A stretch of DNA of 64,000 bases from an uncultured Gilliamella sp. GTDB taxonomy: Bacteria > Pseudomonadota > Gammaproteobacteria > Enterobacterales > Orbaceae. Under the pieces are notes generated by a model. The model saw only the letters and a program-made list of their open reading frames with translations. It did not search any database and was not told where the DNA came from. Location: positions 12,364-76,363 of the forward strand of contig CAMLIK010000001.1 in the NCBI GenBank assembly GCA_946480175.1. Direction: 5' to 3'. Positions 11,301-21,083 of this stretch are shown piece by piece. A program made the position numbers and the translations under genes. Each line of letters starts with the position of its first letter. Position 1 is the stretch's first letter.

Positions 11301-11654
11301 GTGATTATGACAATACAATTAGCTATTGCAACGTTAATCGGTGGTTTTATTTTCCCATTTGTTATTCGAATGGCTTGGGGACGAATGGTTGATAATTGGG
11401 GGCCAATCGGTGGGTGGATGGCCGCGGCATTTATTGTCGGTACCGTATGGTGTATCAATCATGGTATAGCAACACCTATGATTACTCAAAGTGGTACCGT
11501 TTGGGTAGATCAGGGGTTAGCCGCAGGTGTTGGTGTTTGGGTTGCTTCAGCATTAACCGGTGGCAGTAAGCGTAAATCAGTTAAAAATATCGTTGCTGCG
11601 GTTAGCGCAGGTATTGTAGGTGGATATGTTTTGTCACTTTTTCTTGTTTCTTAA
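11301..11654 (+). CDS. Small membrane protein, Lin0368-like paralog
   Basis: WG..GGWMAA..IVGTVW.INHG and WVDQG motifs, homologous to the preceding ORF. Confidence 0.6.
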   Translation: MIMTIQLAIATLIGGFIFPFVIRMAWGRMVDNWGPIGGWMAAAFIVGTVWCINHGIATPMITQSGTVWVDQGLAAGVGVWVASALTGGSKRKSVKNIVAAVSAGIVGGYVLSLFLVS

Positions 11655-11693
11655 GTAAAAGACAAAAGTTGAAGGATAGAAAGGAGTAACACA

Positions 11694-12692
11694 ATGAAAA
11701 GATTAATTAATGATGGTTATGATGTGGTTGAAGAGCTGTTAGAAGGTTACTGTTTAGCACACAGTGATTACGTGGAACTCAAGCAAGATTGTGATCGAGT
11801 AATTGTGAGTAAAAAAATGAGCTCAGAACCAAGAGTAAGAATTATCGTTGGTGGTGGCTCTGGTCATGAACCTGCTTTTTTAGGCTATGTTGGTAAAGAT
11901 TTTGCTGATGCGGCGGCGGTGGGTAATGTAAATACCTCACCATCCCCTGAATATTGTTATGCAGCGGTAAAAGCTGTCGATGCCGGCAAGGGATGCCTTT
12001 TTGTTTATGGAAATTATGCCGGCGATGTAATGAACTTTGATATGGCTGCCGAACTTGCTGCCGAAGAGGGAATTCGCGTCGAAACGGTAACCACAACTGA
12101 TGATATTTATTCATCGGAAAATGTTCAAGATCGTCGTGGTGTGGCTGGTAATGTATTTGTGTTTAAAGTTGCTGGAAGTGCCGCTGCTAAAGGTTATGAT
12201 ATAGATAAAGTGAAGGCACTTACCCAAAAAGCCAATGCGAATACTTATTCTATTGGTGTGGCATTATCTTCATCAACCCTACCAGTTACCGGCGAGCCGA
12301 TTTTTGAAATGCAAGATGGTGATATGGAAGTAGGAATGGGGATCCATGGTGAACCAGGCATCGAAAGAACTAAACTAGAAAAGGCTGATGTTGTGGTTAG
12401 TCAATTAATCGATCATATCTTAGCTGATTCTAAACTAAAATCGGGTGATGAAATTGAGTTATTAATCAATGGACTAGGCGGTCTGGCATTGATGGATCAA
12501 TATATCTGTTATCGAAAAGCTCATCTTTTATTAGCAGAAAAAGGCATCAAGATCTATAAATCATTAGTTGGTAATTATGTTACGTCAATGGATATGGTTG
12601 GTATGTCTATTTCAGTTATAAAACTTGATGAAGAGCTTAAACAACTGTTGGATCATCCTTGTGATGCCCCTTATTTTAAAGTTGCTTATTAA
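11694..12692 (+). CDS. dhaK: Dihydroxyacetone kinase family subunit K
   Basis: GGGSGHEP, NYAGDVMNF, RRGVAG and GMGIHGEPG motifs. Confidence 0.9.
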   Translation: MKRLINDGYDVVEELLEGYCLAHSDYVELKQDCDRVIVSKKMSSEPRVRIIVGGGSGHEPAFLGYVGKDFADAAAVGNVNTSPSPEYCYAAVKAVDAGKGCLFVYGNYAGDVMNFDMAAELAAEEGIRVETVTTTDDIYSSENVQDRRGVAGNVFVFKVAGSAAAKGYDIDKVKALTQKANANTYSIGVALSSSTLPVTGEPIFEMQDGDMEVGMGIHGEPGIERTKLEKADVVVSQLIDHILADSKLKSGDEIELLINGLGGLALMDQYICYRKAHLLLAEKGIKIYKSLVGNYVTSMDMVGMSISVIKLDEELKQLLDHPCDAPYFKVAY

Positions 12693-12709
12693 CCACAAGG
12701 AGAATCGAG

Positions 12710-13360
12710 ATGTGTGCTCTGATGCTAAATAAATCATATTTTATTGAGACTTTTAAAAAATTGGCTGCAATGGCTGAAGAAAATCGTGACCACTTAAGTA
12801 AATTGGACTCAGATATTGGCGATGGTGATCATGGAATCAATTTGACCATCGGTTTTCGTGAGGTTGAAAAACAGTTACCTCAACTTTCTCAATCGGTAAC
12901 TGATATAGCCGAATTAATGAAAAAAGTAGGTATGATTCTCTTAAGTAAAGTTGGAGGAGCATCAGGGCCACTATATGGCAGTTTTTTCATGAAAATGGCG
13001 ACGCATATAATTGGAAAACAAGAAGTGACATTTAAAGAATTTTGTCAAATGTACCAAGATGGCGTTGAAGCTGTTCAAATGAGAGGAAAAGCGGAATTAA
13101 ATGATAAAACGATGCTCGATGCTTTAATTCCTGGTCTTGCAATATTAAAAGATTATCAAGAAGGTGATGATCCTATAAATACTTTAGAAAATTGTGTAAA
13201 TGAAATGAAGTTAGGTTCAGATAAAACTATTCCGCTAATGGCCAAAAAAGGTCGAGCGTTACGCTTAGGTGAACGTGCAGTTGGTCATCGAGATCCCGGC
13301 TCTGAATCGGCTTGGATGATTATGAATGTATTTTTACAACAACTCAAAACGATATCCTAA
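12710..13360 (+). CDS. dhaL: Dihydroxyacetone kinase family subunit L
   Basis: LDSDIGDGDHG, GGASGPLYG, KTMLD, KKGRA and DPG motifs. Confidence 0.9.
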   Translation: MCALMLNKSYFIETFKKLAAMAEENRDHLSKLDSDIGDGDHGINLTIGFREVEKQLPQLSQSVTDIAELMKKVGMILLSKVGGASGPLYGSFFMKMATHIIGKQEVTFKEFCQMYQDGVEAVQMRGKAELNDKTMLDALIPGLAILKDYQEGDDPINTLENCVNEMKLGSDKTIPLMAKKGRALRLGERAVGHRDPGSESAWMIMNVFLQQLKTIS

Positions 13361-13424
13361 TCAATGGCTTTGCTATTGATTTGAATTAACGAGTTTTAAA
13401 TAATATTTAGTTGATACTGGAAGG

Positions 13425-14210
13425 TTGAATATGAAAAAAATCTATATTGGTACAAGTTGGAAGATGAATAAAACTTTAGCTGAGGCGTTACTTTTTTGTG
13501 AACAACTTAAAACCTTTTATCCGGAAAATCTGAAAAGTCATATTCAACCATTTGTTATTCCACCATTTACTTGTGTTCGGGATGTCACTGATTATATCAA
13601 TAATCACCAGATTAACTGTTTAACTGGCGTGCAAAATATGCATTTCGCCCAATCGGGGCCTTTCACCGGTGAAATTTCACCCAATATGGTTGCCGATACT
13701 GGTGCCACCATAGTTGAAATAGGGCATTCCGAACGGCGAGAATATTTTGCGGAGACAGATAGCTCTGTGAATAAAAAAGTCCATGCTGCTTTAAACTATA
13801 ATTTAACCCCATTAATTTGTATAGGTGATAGTGCTCAAGAAAAATCCTGGGGTGTATCTGTCGAAACTGTGGTTAAACAAATGAAGATTGCTTTATCGGG
13901 CATTGATAAAAATCAGGTGATTAAGACAATTATTGCTTATGAACCAATATGGGCAATTGGTGAACAAGGGCTACCAGCTACCCCTGATGAAGCAGAATAT
14001 ATCCATGCTAAATTACGTTCAGCATTGATTGAAATTTATGATATAGATACTGCTAATCAAGTAATTTTACTTTATGGGGGTAGTGTAAATCTCGAAAATT
14101 CAACATTATTAATTACCAAACCGAATATTGATGGATTATTTATTGGTCGTAGTGCATGGCAAGCTAGAGGTTTTTGTAATATATTATCTGTTATTAATCA
14201 GAAAATTTAA
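13425..14210 (+). CDS. TIM-family isomerase, EryH/LerI (tetrulose-phosphate isomerase)-like
   Basis: GTSWKMNK in place of canonical GNWK; GHSERR, AYEPIWAIG and LYGGSV motifs. Confidence 0.75.
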   Translation: MNMKKIYIGTSWKMNKTLAEALLFCEQLKTFYPENLKSHIQPFVIPPFTCVRDVTDYINNHQINCLTGVQNMHFAQSGPFTGEISPNMVADTGATIVEIGHSERREYFAETDSSVNKKVHAALNYNLTPLICIGDSAQEKSWGVSVETVVKQMKIALSGIDKNQVIKTIIAYEPIWAIGEQGLPATPDEAEYIHAKLRSALIEIYDIDTANQVILLYGGSVNLENSTLLITKPNIDGLFIGRSAWQARGFCNILSVINQKI

Positions 14211-14233
14211 GGTAATAATAAAAGGCAAGCCTA

Positions 14234-15205
14234 ATGGATATATTTGAAGATAAACAAGAGTCAGAACTACTTACTGAAATTGCCGTTGCATACTATGAAT
14301 ATGAACAAACTCAAGAAGAGATTGCCCAACGATTTGGTATTTCACGTATTAAAGTAGGTCGCCTGCTAAAAAAAGCGAGAGCAGAAGGCATTGTTGAAAT
14401 TAATGTCAAATATCATCCAGTTTTTAGTTCGCGTATTGAACAGCAATTTGTTAATAATTTTGGTATCAAACGTGCATTGATTGCTTTAGATCATCAAGAT
14501 GAAGATGAGCAACGACGACAAGTTGCTGCATTGGTATCTAACTATTTATCAAGCACCTTAAAAAATGGTATGACAGTAGCGGTTGGGCAAGGACGTAATG
14601 TCGCCGCTATTGCTAGCCATGTCGGTGTTTTTCCTGAAAAACAGTGCAAATTTATTTGTGGTATTGGCGGTACTCAGCGAGTCGGAGAAATCATTGACGC
14701 CGATCATATTAGTCGAAGTCTAGCACGAAAATTCAGTGCAAGTAGTGAAACTTTATATGCACCAGCTTATGTTGAAAATCGAGAACTAAAACGTGCGTTT
14801 ATGCAAAATAGAGTTATTAAAGATACGATAGAACGCGCTTCAAAAGCTGATATTGCTTTAGTGGGTATTGGCGATATGAATGAAAACTGTTACATGGTGC
14901 AGTTAGGCTGGTTTACTCCACAGGAAGTTACTTTTGCAACTTTGAATCAAGGCGTAGTAGGTGATATAGCGGGGTATGGTTTCTTTGATATTAATGGCAA
15001 TCCTGTTGACACAACCATGAATGATCGGGTAATTGGTTTAAGTATTGATGAATTACGTAATATTCCTTGTGTTATTGCCATTGCATCTGAAAATACTAAG
15101 GCGACAGCAATTTTAGGTGCGCTTCGCTCTGGTGTAATTGATATTATTGCTACCAGTGCTTCAAATGCCAGAACAGTGCTTAGCTTACAACAAAATAAAA
15201 TTTAA
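14234..15205 (+). CDS. SorC/DeoR-family sugar-binding transcriptional regulator
   Basis: N-terminal HTH YY...TQEEIA..FGISRIKVGRLL; DIALVGIG and GVVGDI motifs. Confidence 0.85.
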   Translation: MDIFEDKQESELLTEIAVAYYEYEQTQEEIAQRFGISRIKVGRLLKKARAEGIVEINVKYHPVFSSRIEQQFVNNFGIKRALIALDHQDEDEQRRQVAALVSNYLSSTLKNGMTVAVGQGRNVAAIASHVGVFPEKQCKFICGIGGTQRVGEIIDADHISRSLARKFSASSETLYAPAYVENRELKRAFMQNRVIKDTIERASKADIALVGIGDMNENCYMVQLGWFTPQEVTFATLNQGVVGDIAGYGFFDINGNPVDTTMNDRVIGLSIDELRNIPCVIAIASENTKATAILGALRSGVIDIIATSASNARTVLSLQQNKI

Positions 15206-15212
15206 TTAAAAT

Positions 15213-15247
15213 ATAAGCTATTTGTGAACCCATTACAAATAGCTTAT
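15213..15247. terminator. Probable bidirectional terminator
   Basis: ATAAGCTATTTGT-N9-ACAAATAGCTTAT between convergent genes. Confidence 0.65.
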
Positions 15248-15270
15248 TTATTTGTGTTTTAAACTGATTA

Positions 15271-16626
15271 TTACAATAAACGTTTAATAATCCTATCAAC
15301 CCGAATTCGGCTTAAACGTTTAATTAATTTATGTACTTGTTTTGGATAGAATTGGCTAGCTTGAATTTGTTGGAAATGCGTGACTAAGGTAGTTTTTTCA
15401 CGGATTGTGACAAGTTCTTGGTTAATCTGTTTTTGCAATTCATGTTTTGGGTCGTGGACTAATATCGCATTTTCCAGATCTAAACGCCATGCCCTAGGAT
15501 TAAGGTTATTACCAGTAATCATCATCCATTCATCATCGACCCAAATACCCTTTAAGTGATAGGTTTGATCTTTATCTTTCCATAATCTAATTATTAATTG
15601 CTCCTTATCTATATAATTTTGTAGACGTTCAACGAAACGTCTTAAGTTTATTTCATATAAATAAGGTAATCCACCCGAGATATTAAAAGGCTGATTTTCG
15701 GGAATATAAAAGTCGTTAGCAACTTTATCACCAATAATAATTTCAACTTGTTTATCTTTTCTTAGTAGGCGAATAATATCACGCACTAATATATTTGGTA
15801 GATTAAAATAAGGTGTACAAAATGTGATTTTTTGTTCAGTAATATTTATTAAATGGTGGATAATCTTATTGAGTTGATTATTACGCCCAAGCCCTACTAT
15901 TGGTGATACGGATAGTGTATCGTTATCAGTATCTGCTCTATACTGGTAATTGGCATCGGTAAGATGTTGACGTAATGTTTTAATTTCTGGTTTGATTTGT
16001 TTACGTGTTTTATGTTCTTTAACATCTAAACGTTGCACGCCTTCAAGTGTCAAAAAGTTATTATTTACGTAACTAACCATGGTGTCGGATAGCGCTTTAT
16101 TGGTTATAAAGTGATATCTGTCATAACGGTATTTATCAAGTTTGTGTAAATATACGTTGTTTATACTTGCACCACTATAAATTACGGTATCATCAATAAT
16201 TAAGCCTTTTAAATGTAGTACACCGAGTACTTCTCGGCGATTGACCGGTACACCATAAATAGGTATATCAATATTTGGATGTTGTTGTTTTAGATCATAG
16301 TAATATCTTGCGTTCGTTTGAGTTTTATCTTCACCAATTCGTCCACGTTGAGCGCGATGCCAATCAACAAAAATCTTGATATCTAAATTTGGTCGTTCTG
16401 TTTTTGCTTGATAAAGCGCGTCAAGTACTTCACGGCCTGCTTCATCTTTTTCTAAATAAAGTGCAACAATATAGATGCGCTGTTGAGCTTTTTTGATATG
16501 TTCAAACAATGCAATTCTATAAGATTTTGGATCGTATACAATTTGGTATTGTTCAGCTTTTTGCTGAAGTTTTGCTATTTCATTTAGATGTTTTTGATGG
16601 TTATATTTTATAAATGGTATTCGCAT
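15271..16626 (-). CDS. pssA: CDP-diacylglycerol--serine O-phosphatidyltransferase (PLD family)
   Basis: Two HxK motifs (LHLKG, YHLKG); NNLNPRAWRLDLENA. Confidence 0.93.
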   Translation of the reverse strand: MRIPFIKYNHQKHLNEIAKLQQKAEQYQIVYDPKSYRIALFEHIKKAQQRIYIVALYLEKDEAGREVLDALYQAKTERPNLDIKIFVDWHRAQRGRIGEDKTQTNARYYYDLKQQHPNIDIPIYGVPVNRREVLGVLHLKGLIIDDTVIYSGASINNVYLHKLDKYRYDRYHFITNKALSDTMVSYVNNNFLTLEGVQRLDVKEHKTRKQIKPEIKTLRQHLTDANYQYRADTDNDTLSVSPIVGLGRNNQLNKIIHHLINITEQKITFCTPYFNLPNILVRDIIRLLRKDKQVEIIIGDKVANDFYIPENQPFNISGGLPYLYEINLRRFVERLQNYIDKEQLIIRLWKDKDQTYHLKGIWVDDEWMMITGNNLNPRAWRLDLENAILVHDPKHELQKQINQELVTIREKTTLVTHFQQIQASQFYPKQVHKLIKRLSRIRVDRIIKRLL

Positions 16627-16758
16627 GATTTAAATATCATTAAAACTGACACAAAGTGTAGAATATCATAAATTATGTCAGAAAATAACACTCCTGATTA
16701 TCATCGGTTTGTCTATAGTCAAATCAATCTGTTTTTATTCAAATTATTGATGCTATTT

Positions 16759-17811
16759 TTAAGATTGTTCATTAACCCAAGTTTGAATAATTTTATAGCT
16801 TAATGCCAGTACAACCGGACCAATAAATAATCCCATAATACCAAAAGCCAGAATACCTCCAATTACTCCAAATAGAATAAGTAAGAAAGGTAGATCTGCA
16901 CCTTTTTTAATTAAATATGCTCGCATTACGCTATCTAGTGTTGTTAATATGATGGCAACTACAATTAATACAATACCCGAAACCATATGCCCATCCCAAA
17001 ATTGCCAAATGATACAGCCAATCATTACTATAACCGGTCCAATTTGTGCAACACAACAGATGAATAAAACTAAAGTTAGTATGCCAGGAAAAGGCATTTT
17101 AGTTATGATAAAGCTTAATCCACCAATTAAAGCTAATGTAATAGCAGTGACAACTACTCCTAATGCAACCGCACGTATTGATTGACCTGCTAAGGTAACA
17201 GTAGTTGTTCCGTATTGTTTAGATAAACGATTAGCTAAAAGATAGACATATTTAGTGATGCTTTCACCTTTAAGGAACAGTAGTAGGCTAAAAATAATCA
17301 TGACACCAGCGTGAAAAATGAAAACACCAATATTAGTTACTTGTTCTAAAAGCCAGCCAATCATTATACCAATATAGGGTTGAATATCTGATATTAATTC
17401 TGAACCATCAGTTTTGATAATTTCAAGCCATTTTTGATGAAGTTCTTCACCAAACATTGGAATATTTATTAGCCAGTCAAAGGTAGGTAATTCTCTGTGA
17501 GACAGTGTTCTAACCCATTCGATAAGGTAATGCCCATTTTGAGCCACACTACTAATGATAAGAATAAAAGGAATAACACAAACAAATGCTAGGATTAATG
17601 CCATCACTAAGAGTGACAACCAACGTTTATTAAAAAGTTTTTGTTGGATTTTTATCATTAACGGCCAAGTTGCAATAACGACCATCACAGCCCAAAAAAA
17701 GCCAAACAAAAATACTTCAATCACCCGATAAGTTACTATTATCAGTAAACCTATCAATAATAGGTTTAGAATTAACTTTAGTAAGTCATCAGTTTTTTTT
17801 TCTGCTGGCAT
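16759..17811 (-). CDS. ydiK: AI-2E family transporter
   Basis: WAVMVVIATWP, IRAVALGVVVTA and GVIGG..AFG..GLFIGPV motifs. Confidence 0.85.
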   Translation of the reverse strand: MPAEKKTDDLLKLILNLLLIGLLIIVTYRVIEVFLFGFFWAVMVVIATWPLMIKIQQKLFNKRWLSLLVMALILAFVCVIPFILIISSVAQNGHYLIEWVRTLSHRELPTFDWLINIPMFGEELHQKWLEIIKTDGSELISDIQPYIGIMIGWLLEQVTNIGVFIFHAGVMIIFSLLLFLKGESITKYVYLLANRLSKQYGTTTVTLAGQSIRAVALGVVVTAITLALIGGLSFIITKMPFPGILTLVLFICCVAQIGPVIVMIGCIIWQFWDGHMVSGIVLIVVAIILTTLDSVMRAYLIKKGADLPFLLILFGVIGGILAFGIMGLFIGPVVLALSYKIIQTWVNEQS

Positions 17812-17913
17812 TTTTACCTCATATTTTTTAATCTAGATAATGTTATTATACGCATTATGTTTTAAAAAGCATACGATGTCGTATCAAATAGACAATTTTC
17901 TTGGAGACATAAA

Positions 17914-18408
17914 ATGAAAAAATTAATGCTATTAGCCTTGATGGGGATTGCGTTATCTGCTTGCGCAAATACGCAAAAAACACCACAAGTCGTGCAAAAA
18001 TTAAATCAAATCGCGCCATATCCTGATGCTAAAATAGGCGCTACTCGTTATGTGATTCATCTTCCAACTTTAAAAGATGAAACTAATGCTAAAGTAGAAA
18101 TATTTGTTGGTAAAAATATGAACGTTGATTGTAATGTGAATCATTTAGCAGGAATAATTAAAGAAAAGGAACTTAAAGGTTGGGGATATTCTTATTACGA
18201 AGTTGATGAAGTAAAAGGTAATATTTCAACTATGATGGCTTGCCCTGACAGTGCCAGCAAAAATCAATTTGTGACCATCAATCATAATTTAGGTTTATTA
18301 AATTATAACAGTCAATTGCCATTGGTATTTTATGTACCAAATGATGTGACCGTTAAATATCGAATTTGGCAACCTGATTTAAAAGTTCTGCAAGCCAACG
18401 CCGAATAA
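17914..18408 (+). CDS. eco: Ecotin serine protease inhibitor with lipobox
   Basis: IAPYP, VDCN, GWGYSYY, reactive loop STMMACP, YNSQLPLVFYVP; LSAC lipobox. Confidence 0.92.
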   Translation: MKKLMLLALMGIALSACANTQKTPQVVQKLNQIAPYPDAKIGATRYVIHLPTLKDETNAKVEIFVGKNMNVDCNVNHLAGIIKEKELKGWGYSYYEVDEVKGNISTMMACPDSASKNQFVTINHNLGLLNYNSQLPLVFYVPNDVTVKYRIWQPDLKVLQANAE

Positions 18409-18711
18409 AAAAAGTAAATTAATTGTTAATAACTAGCTAACTATGGGTTGATTGATTAAAATCTATTCACTCAACCCTTAATCTTAGAATATTTGATTTT
18501 TTAAGTAGACATCTGAAAAAAAAAAGGTATTTTATCCCTCGTAATGCAAGGTTAGCTCTACATGTTCATTAATTATATTAATGACTTGTGATTGCCTGAT
18601 TACCTCGGTTTCACCATATTATTTAACGAGTAATAGTGGTAAAATTTGGGGGTCCGTTGTATTTAACAATGGGCTTGTGTCTAACATGTAATATCCCTAA
18701 CTAGAGGAGAA

Positions 18712-19830
18712 GTGGTGAGCATGTTTACTCAACGTAAAACAATTCTTTCAATCATCGCTGGTGTATCACTAGCATTATCTCAAACTGCTGTAGCTAAAGA
18801 CCGTGTCGTGCATTTTTATAATTGGGCAGGTCAAATTGGTAATAGCACAATCACTGATTTTGAAAAATCAACTGGTATTAAACTGGTTTATGATGTGTAT
18901 GATTCCAATGAAGCGCTTGAAGGTAAATTAATGGCCGGTCATTCTGGTTTTGATGTGGTTTCACCTTCAGATAGTTTTTTAGCTAGACAGATTAAAGCTG
19001 ATATTTATCTACCGTTAGATAAAAGTAAATTGCCTAATTGGAAAAATCTTGATCCTAATTTAATGAAATTAATGGCTAACCATGATCCAGATAATAAGTA
19101 TGCAATCCCATATGTATGGATGACTACTGGTATTGGTTATAACATTGATAAAGTTAAAGAACGTCTTGGAGAGGATGCTGCTGTTGACAGTTGGGATTTA
19201 GTTTTCAAACCTGAAAATATGGAAAAACTTAAAGATTGTGGTGTGGCATTCTTAGATGCGCCAACTGAAATCTTAGCAAGTGCTCTTCAATATTTAGGTA
19301 AAGATCCAAATAGTACTGATGCAAAAGATTATACTGGCGCAGCTTACGAATTGTTGGAAAAAGTAAGACCAAATATCCGTTATTTCCATTCATCTCAATA
19401 TATTACTGATTTAGCTAATGGTGATATTTGTGTGATTTTAGGTTGGTCAGGTGATATTTTACAATCCCGTGATAGAGCTAACGAAGCTAAAAATGGTGTG
19501 CATGTTGGATATCAAATTCCGAAAGAAGGTGCATTAGTATTCTTTGATACTTTTGCTATTCCAAAAGATTCTGCAAATCCTGATGAGGCTCATGAGTTTT
19601 TGAACTTTGTTATGAAACCTGAAATTGCAGCTCAAGTTACTAATGATGTTAATTTCGCTAGCGCTAATAAAGTTGCAAATGATCAGTTTGTTAAGCCAGA
19701 AGTGAAAAATGATCCAGCGGTTTATCCAAAACCAGAAGTGATGGAAAAATTATTCACTTTAACGGTAAAAGAACCGAAACTTGAACGTGTGATCACTCGC
19801 ACATGGACAAAATTAAAAACGGGTAAATAG
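18712..19830 (+). CDS. potF: Putrescine ABC transporter substrate-binding protein (likely start ATG 18721)
   Basis: YNW, YDVYDSNE.LEGKL, YFHSSQY..DLANGDIC..GWSGD and IPKEGA motifs. Confidence 0.9.
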   Translation: MVSMFTQRKTILSIIAGVSLALSQTAVAKDRVVHFYNWAGQIGNSTITDFEKSTGIKLVYDVYDSNEALEGKLMAGHSGFDVVSPSDSFLARQIKADIYLPLDKSKLPNWKNLDPNLMKLMANHDPDNKYAIPYVWMTTGIGYNIDKVKERLGEDAAVDSWDLVFKPENMEKLKDCGVAFLDAPTEILASALQYLGKDPNSTDAKDYTGAAYELLEKVRPNIRYFHSSQYITDLANGDICVILGWSGDILQSRDRANEAKNGVHVGYQIPKEGALVFFDTFAIPKDSANPDEAHEFLNFVMKPEIAAQVTNDVNFASANKVANDQFVKPEVKNDPAVYPKPEVMEKLFTLTVKEPKLERVITRTWTKLKTGK

Positions 19831-19867
19831 CCGTTTGAAAATGTCAATTAATTAACTTATACATTCT

Positions 19868-19906
19868 AGACGGGAGGATTTTAAATCTTTCCGTCTCGTT
19901 TTTTTT
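19868..19906 (+). terminator. Intra-operonic stem-loop/terminator between potF and potG
   Basis: AGACGGGAGGATTT-TA-AATCTTTCCGTCT followed by a T run. Confidence 0.6.
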
Positions 19907-21068
19907 GGCTTGTTGTTATGAGGAAAAAAGCGTGAACGATAAAACAACAAATCAGGTACAGCCTAAAAAAAAGATGATAACTCCATTATTGGAGATCAAA
20001 AATTTAACTAAAGTTTTTAATGATGATTATTATGCCGTTGATGATGTCAATTTAACCATTTATACCGGAGAGATTTTTGCCTTATTAGGCGCTTCGGGTA
20101 GTGGTAAATCAACATTATTGCGGATGCTTGCCGGTTTTGAACAACCGACTTCAGGACAAATTATTTTAGATGGTAAAGATTTATCTCAAGTACCACCTTA
20201 CAATCGCCCTATAAATATGATGTTTCAATCGTATGCTCTTTTTCCTCACATGACGGTTGAGCAAAATATTGCCTTTGGTTTAAAACAAGATAAATTAGAT
20301 AAAAATGAAATTAAACACCGTGTTGAAGAGATGTTGGCGCTTGTGCATATGGAACAGTTTGGCAAACGTAAACCTCATCAACTTTCAGGTGGTCAAAGAC
20401 AACGCGTTGCTTTAGCTCGAAGTTTAGCTAAAAGACCAAAATTACTATTGTTAGATGAACCAATGGGAGCATTGGACAAGCAACTTCGTGACCGAATGCA
20501 ACTTGAAGTCGTCAGCATCTTAGAACAAGTTGGTGCAACCTGCGTAATGGTTACCCATGATCAAGAAGAAGCCATGACTATGGCTGGGCGTATTGCGATT
20601 ATGAACAAAGGCCAGTTTGTGCAAATAGGTGAGCCTGAAGAAATCTATGAACATCCAAATAGCCGTTATAGTGCAGAGTTTATTGGTTCTGTAAATGTTT
20701 TTGACGGTATTTTACAAGAGACCTTAGAAGATGGATTAATTATCAGTTGTCCGATGATTAAACACCCATTAAAAGTCGATTACGATTCACCAGCGGTTGA
20801 AGGTGTACCAATTCAAGTCGCATTACGACCGGAAAAAATTAAACTTTGTGATGAAATTCCAGCCGATGGTTACAATGTTGCCACGGGTGAAGTAGTTGAA
20901 ATTGCTTATTTAGGTGATCTGTCGATTTACCATGTTAAATTACAAAGTGGACAGATTATTATTGCTCAACTACAAAACGAACATCGTTATCGTAAAGGAA
21001 TGCCAACTTGGGGGGATATTGTCAACTTAAGTTGGGAAATTGATAGCTGTGTTGTGCTAACCGAATAA
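19905..21068 (+). CDS. potG: Putrescine ABC transporter ATP-binding protein (likely start GTG 19932)
   Basis: Walker A GASGSGKST, LSGGQRQR, LLLDEP; C-terminal TOBE region. Confidence 0.92.
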   Translation: MACCYEEKSVNDKTTNQVQPKKKMITPLLEIKNLTKVFNDDYYAVDDVNLTIYTGEIFALLGASGSGKSTLLRMLAGFEQPTSGQIILDGKDLSQVPPYNRPINMMFQSYALFPHMTVEQNIAFGLKQDKLDKNEIKHRVEEMLALVHMEQFGKRKPHQLSGGQRQRVALARSLAKRPKLLLLDEPMGALDKQLRDRMQLEVVSILEQVGATCVMVTHDQEEAMTMAGRIAIMNKGQFVQIGEPEEIYEHPNSRYSAEFIGSVNVFDGILQETLEDGLIISCPMIKHPLKVDYDSPAVEGVPIQVALRPEKIKLCDEIPADGYNVATGEVVEIAYLGDLSIYHVKLQSGQIIIAQLQNEHRYRKGMPTWGDIVNLSWEIDSCVVLTE

Positions 21069-21083
21069 ACACAAGAGGATATA

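Noticed and set aside
13425-14210. Housekeeping tpiA
   Set aside because: The SWK motif and catabolic-cluster context indicate the EryH/LerI-like paralog
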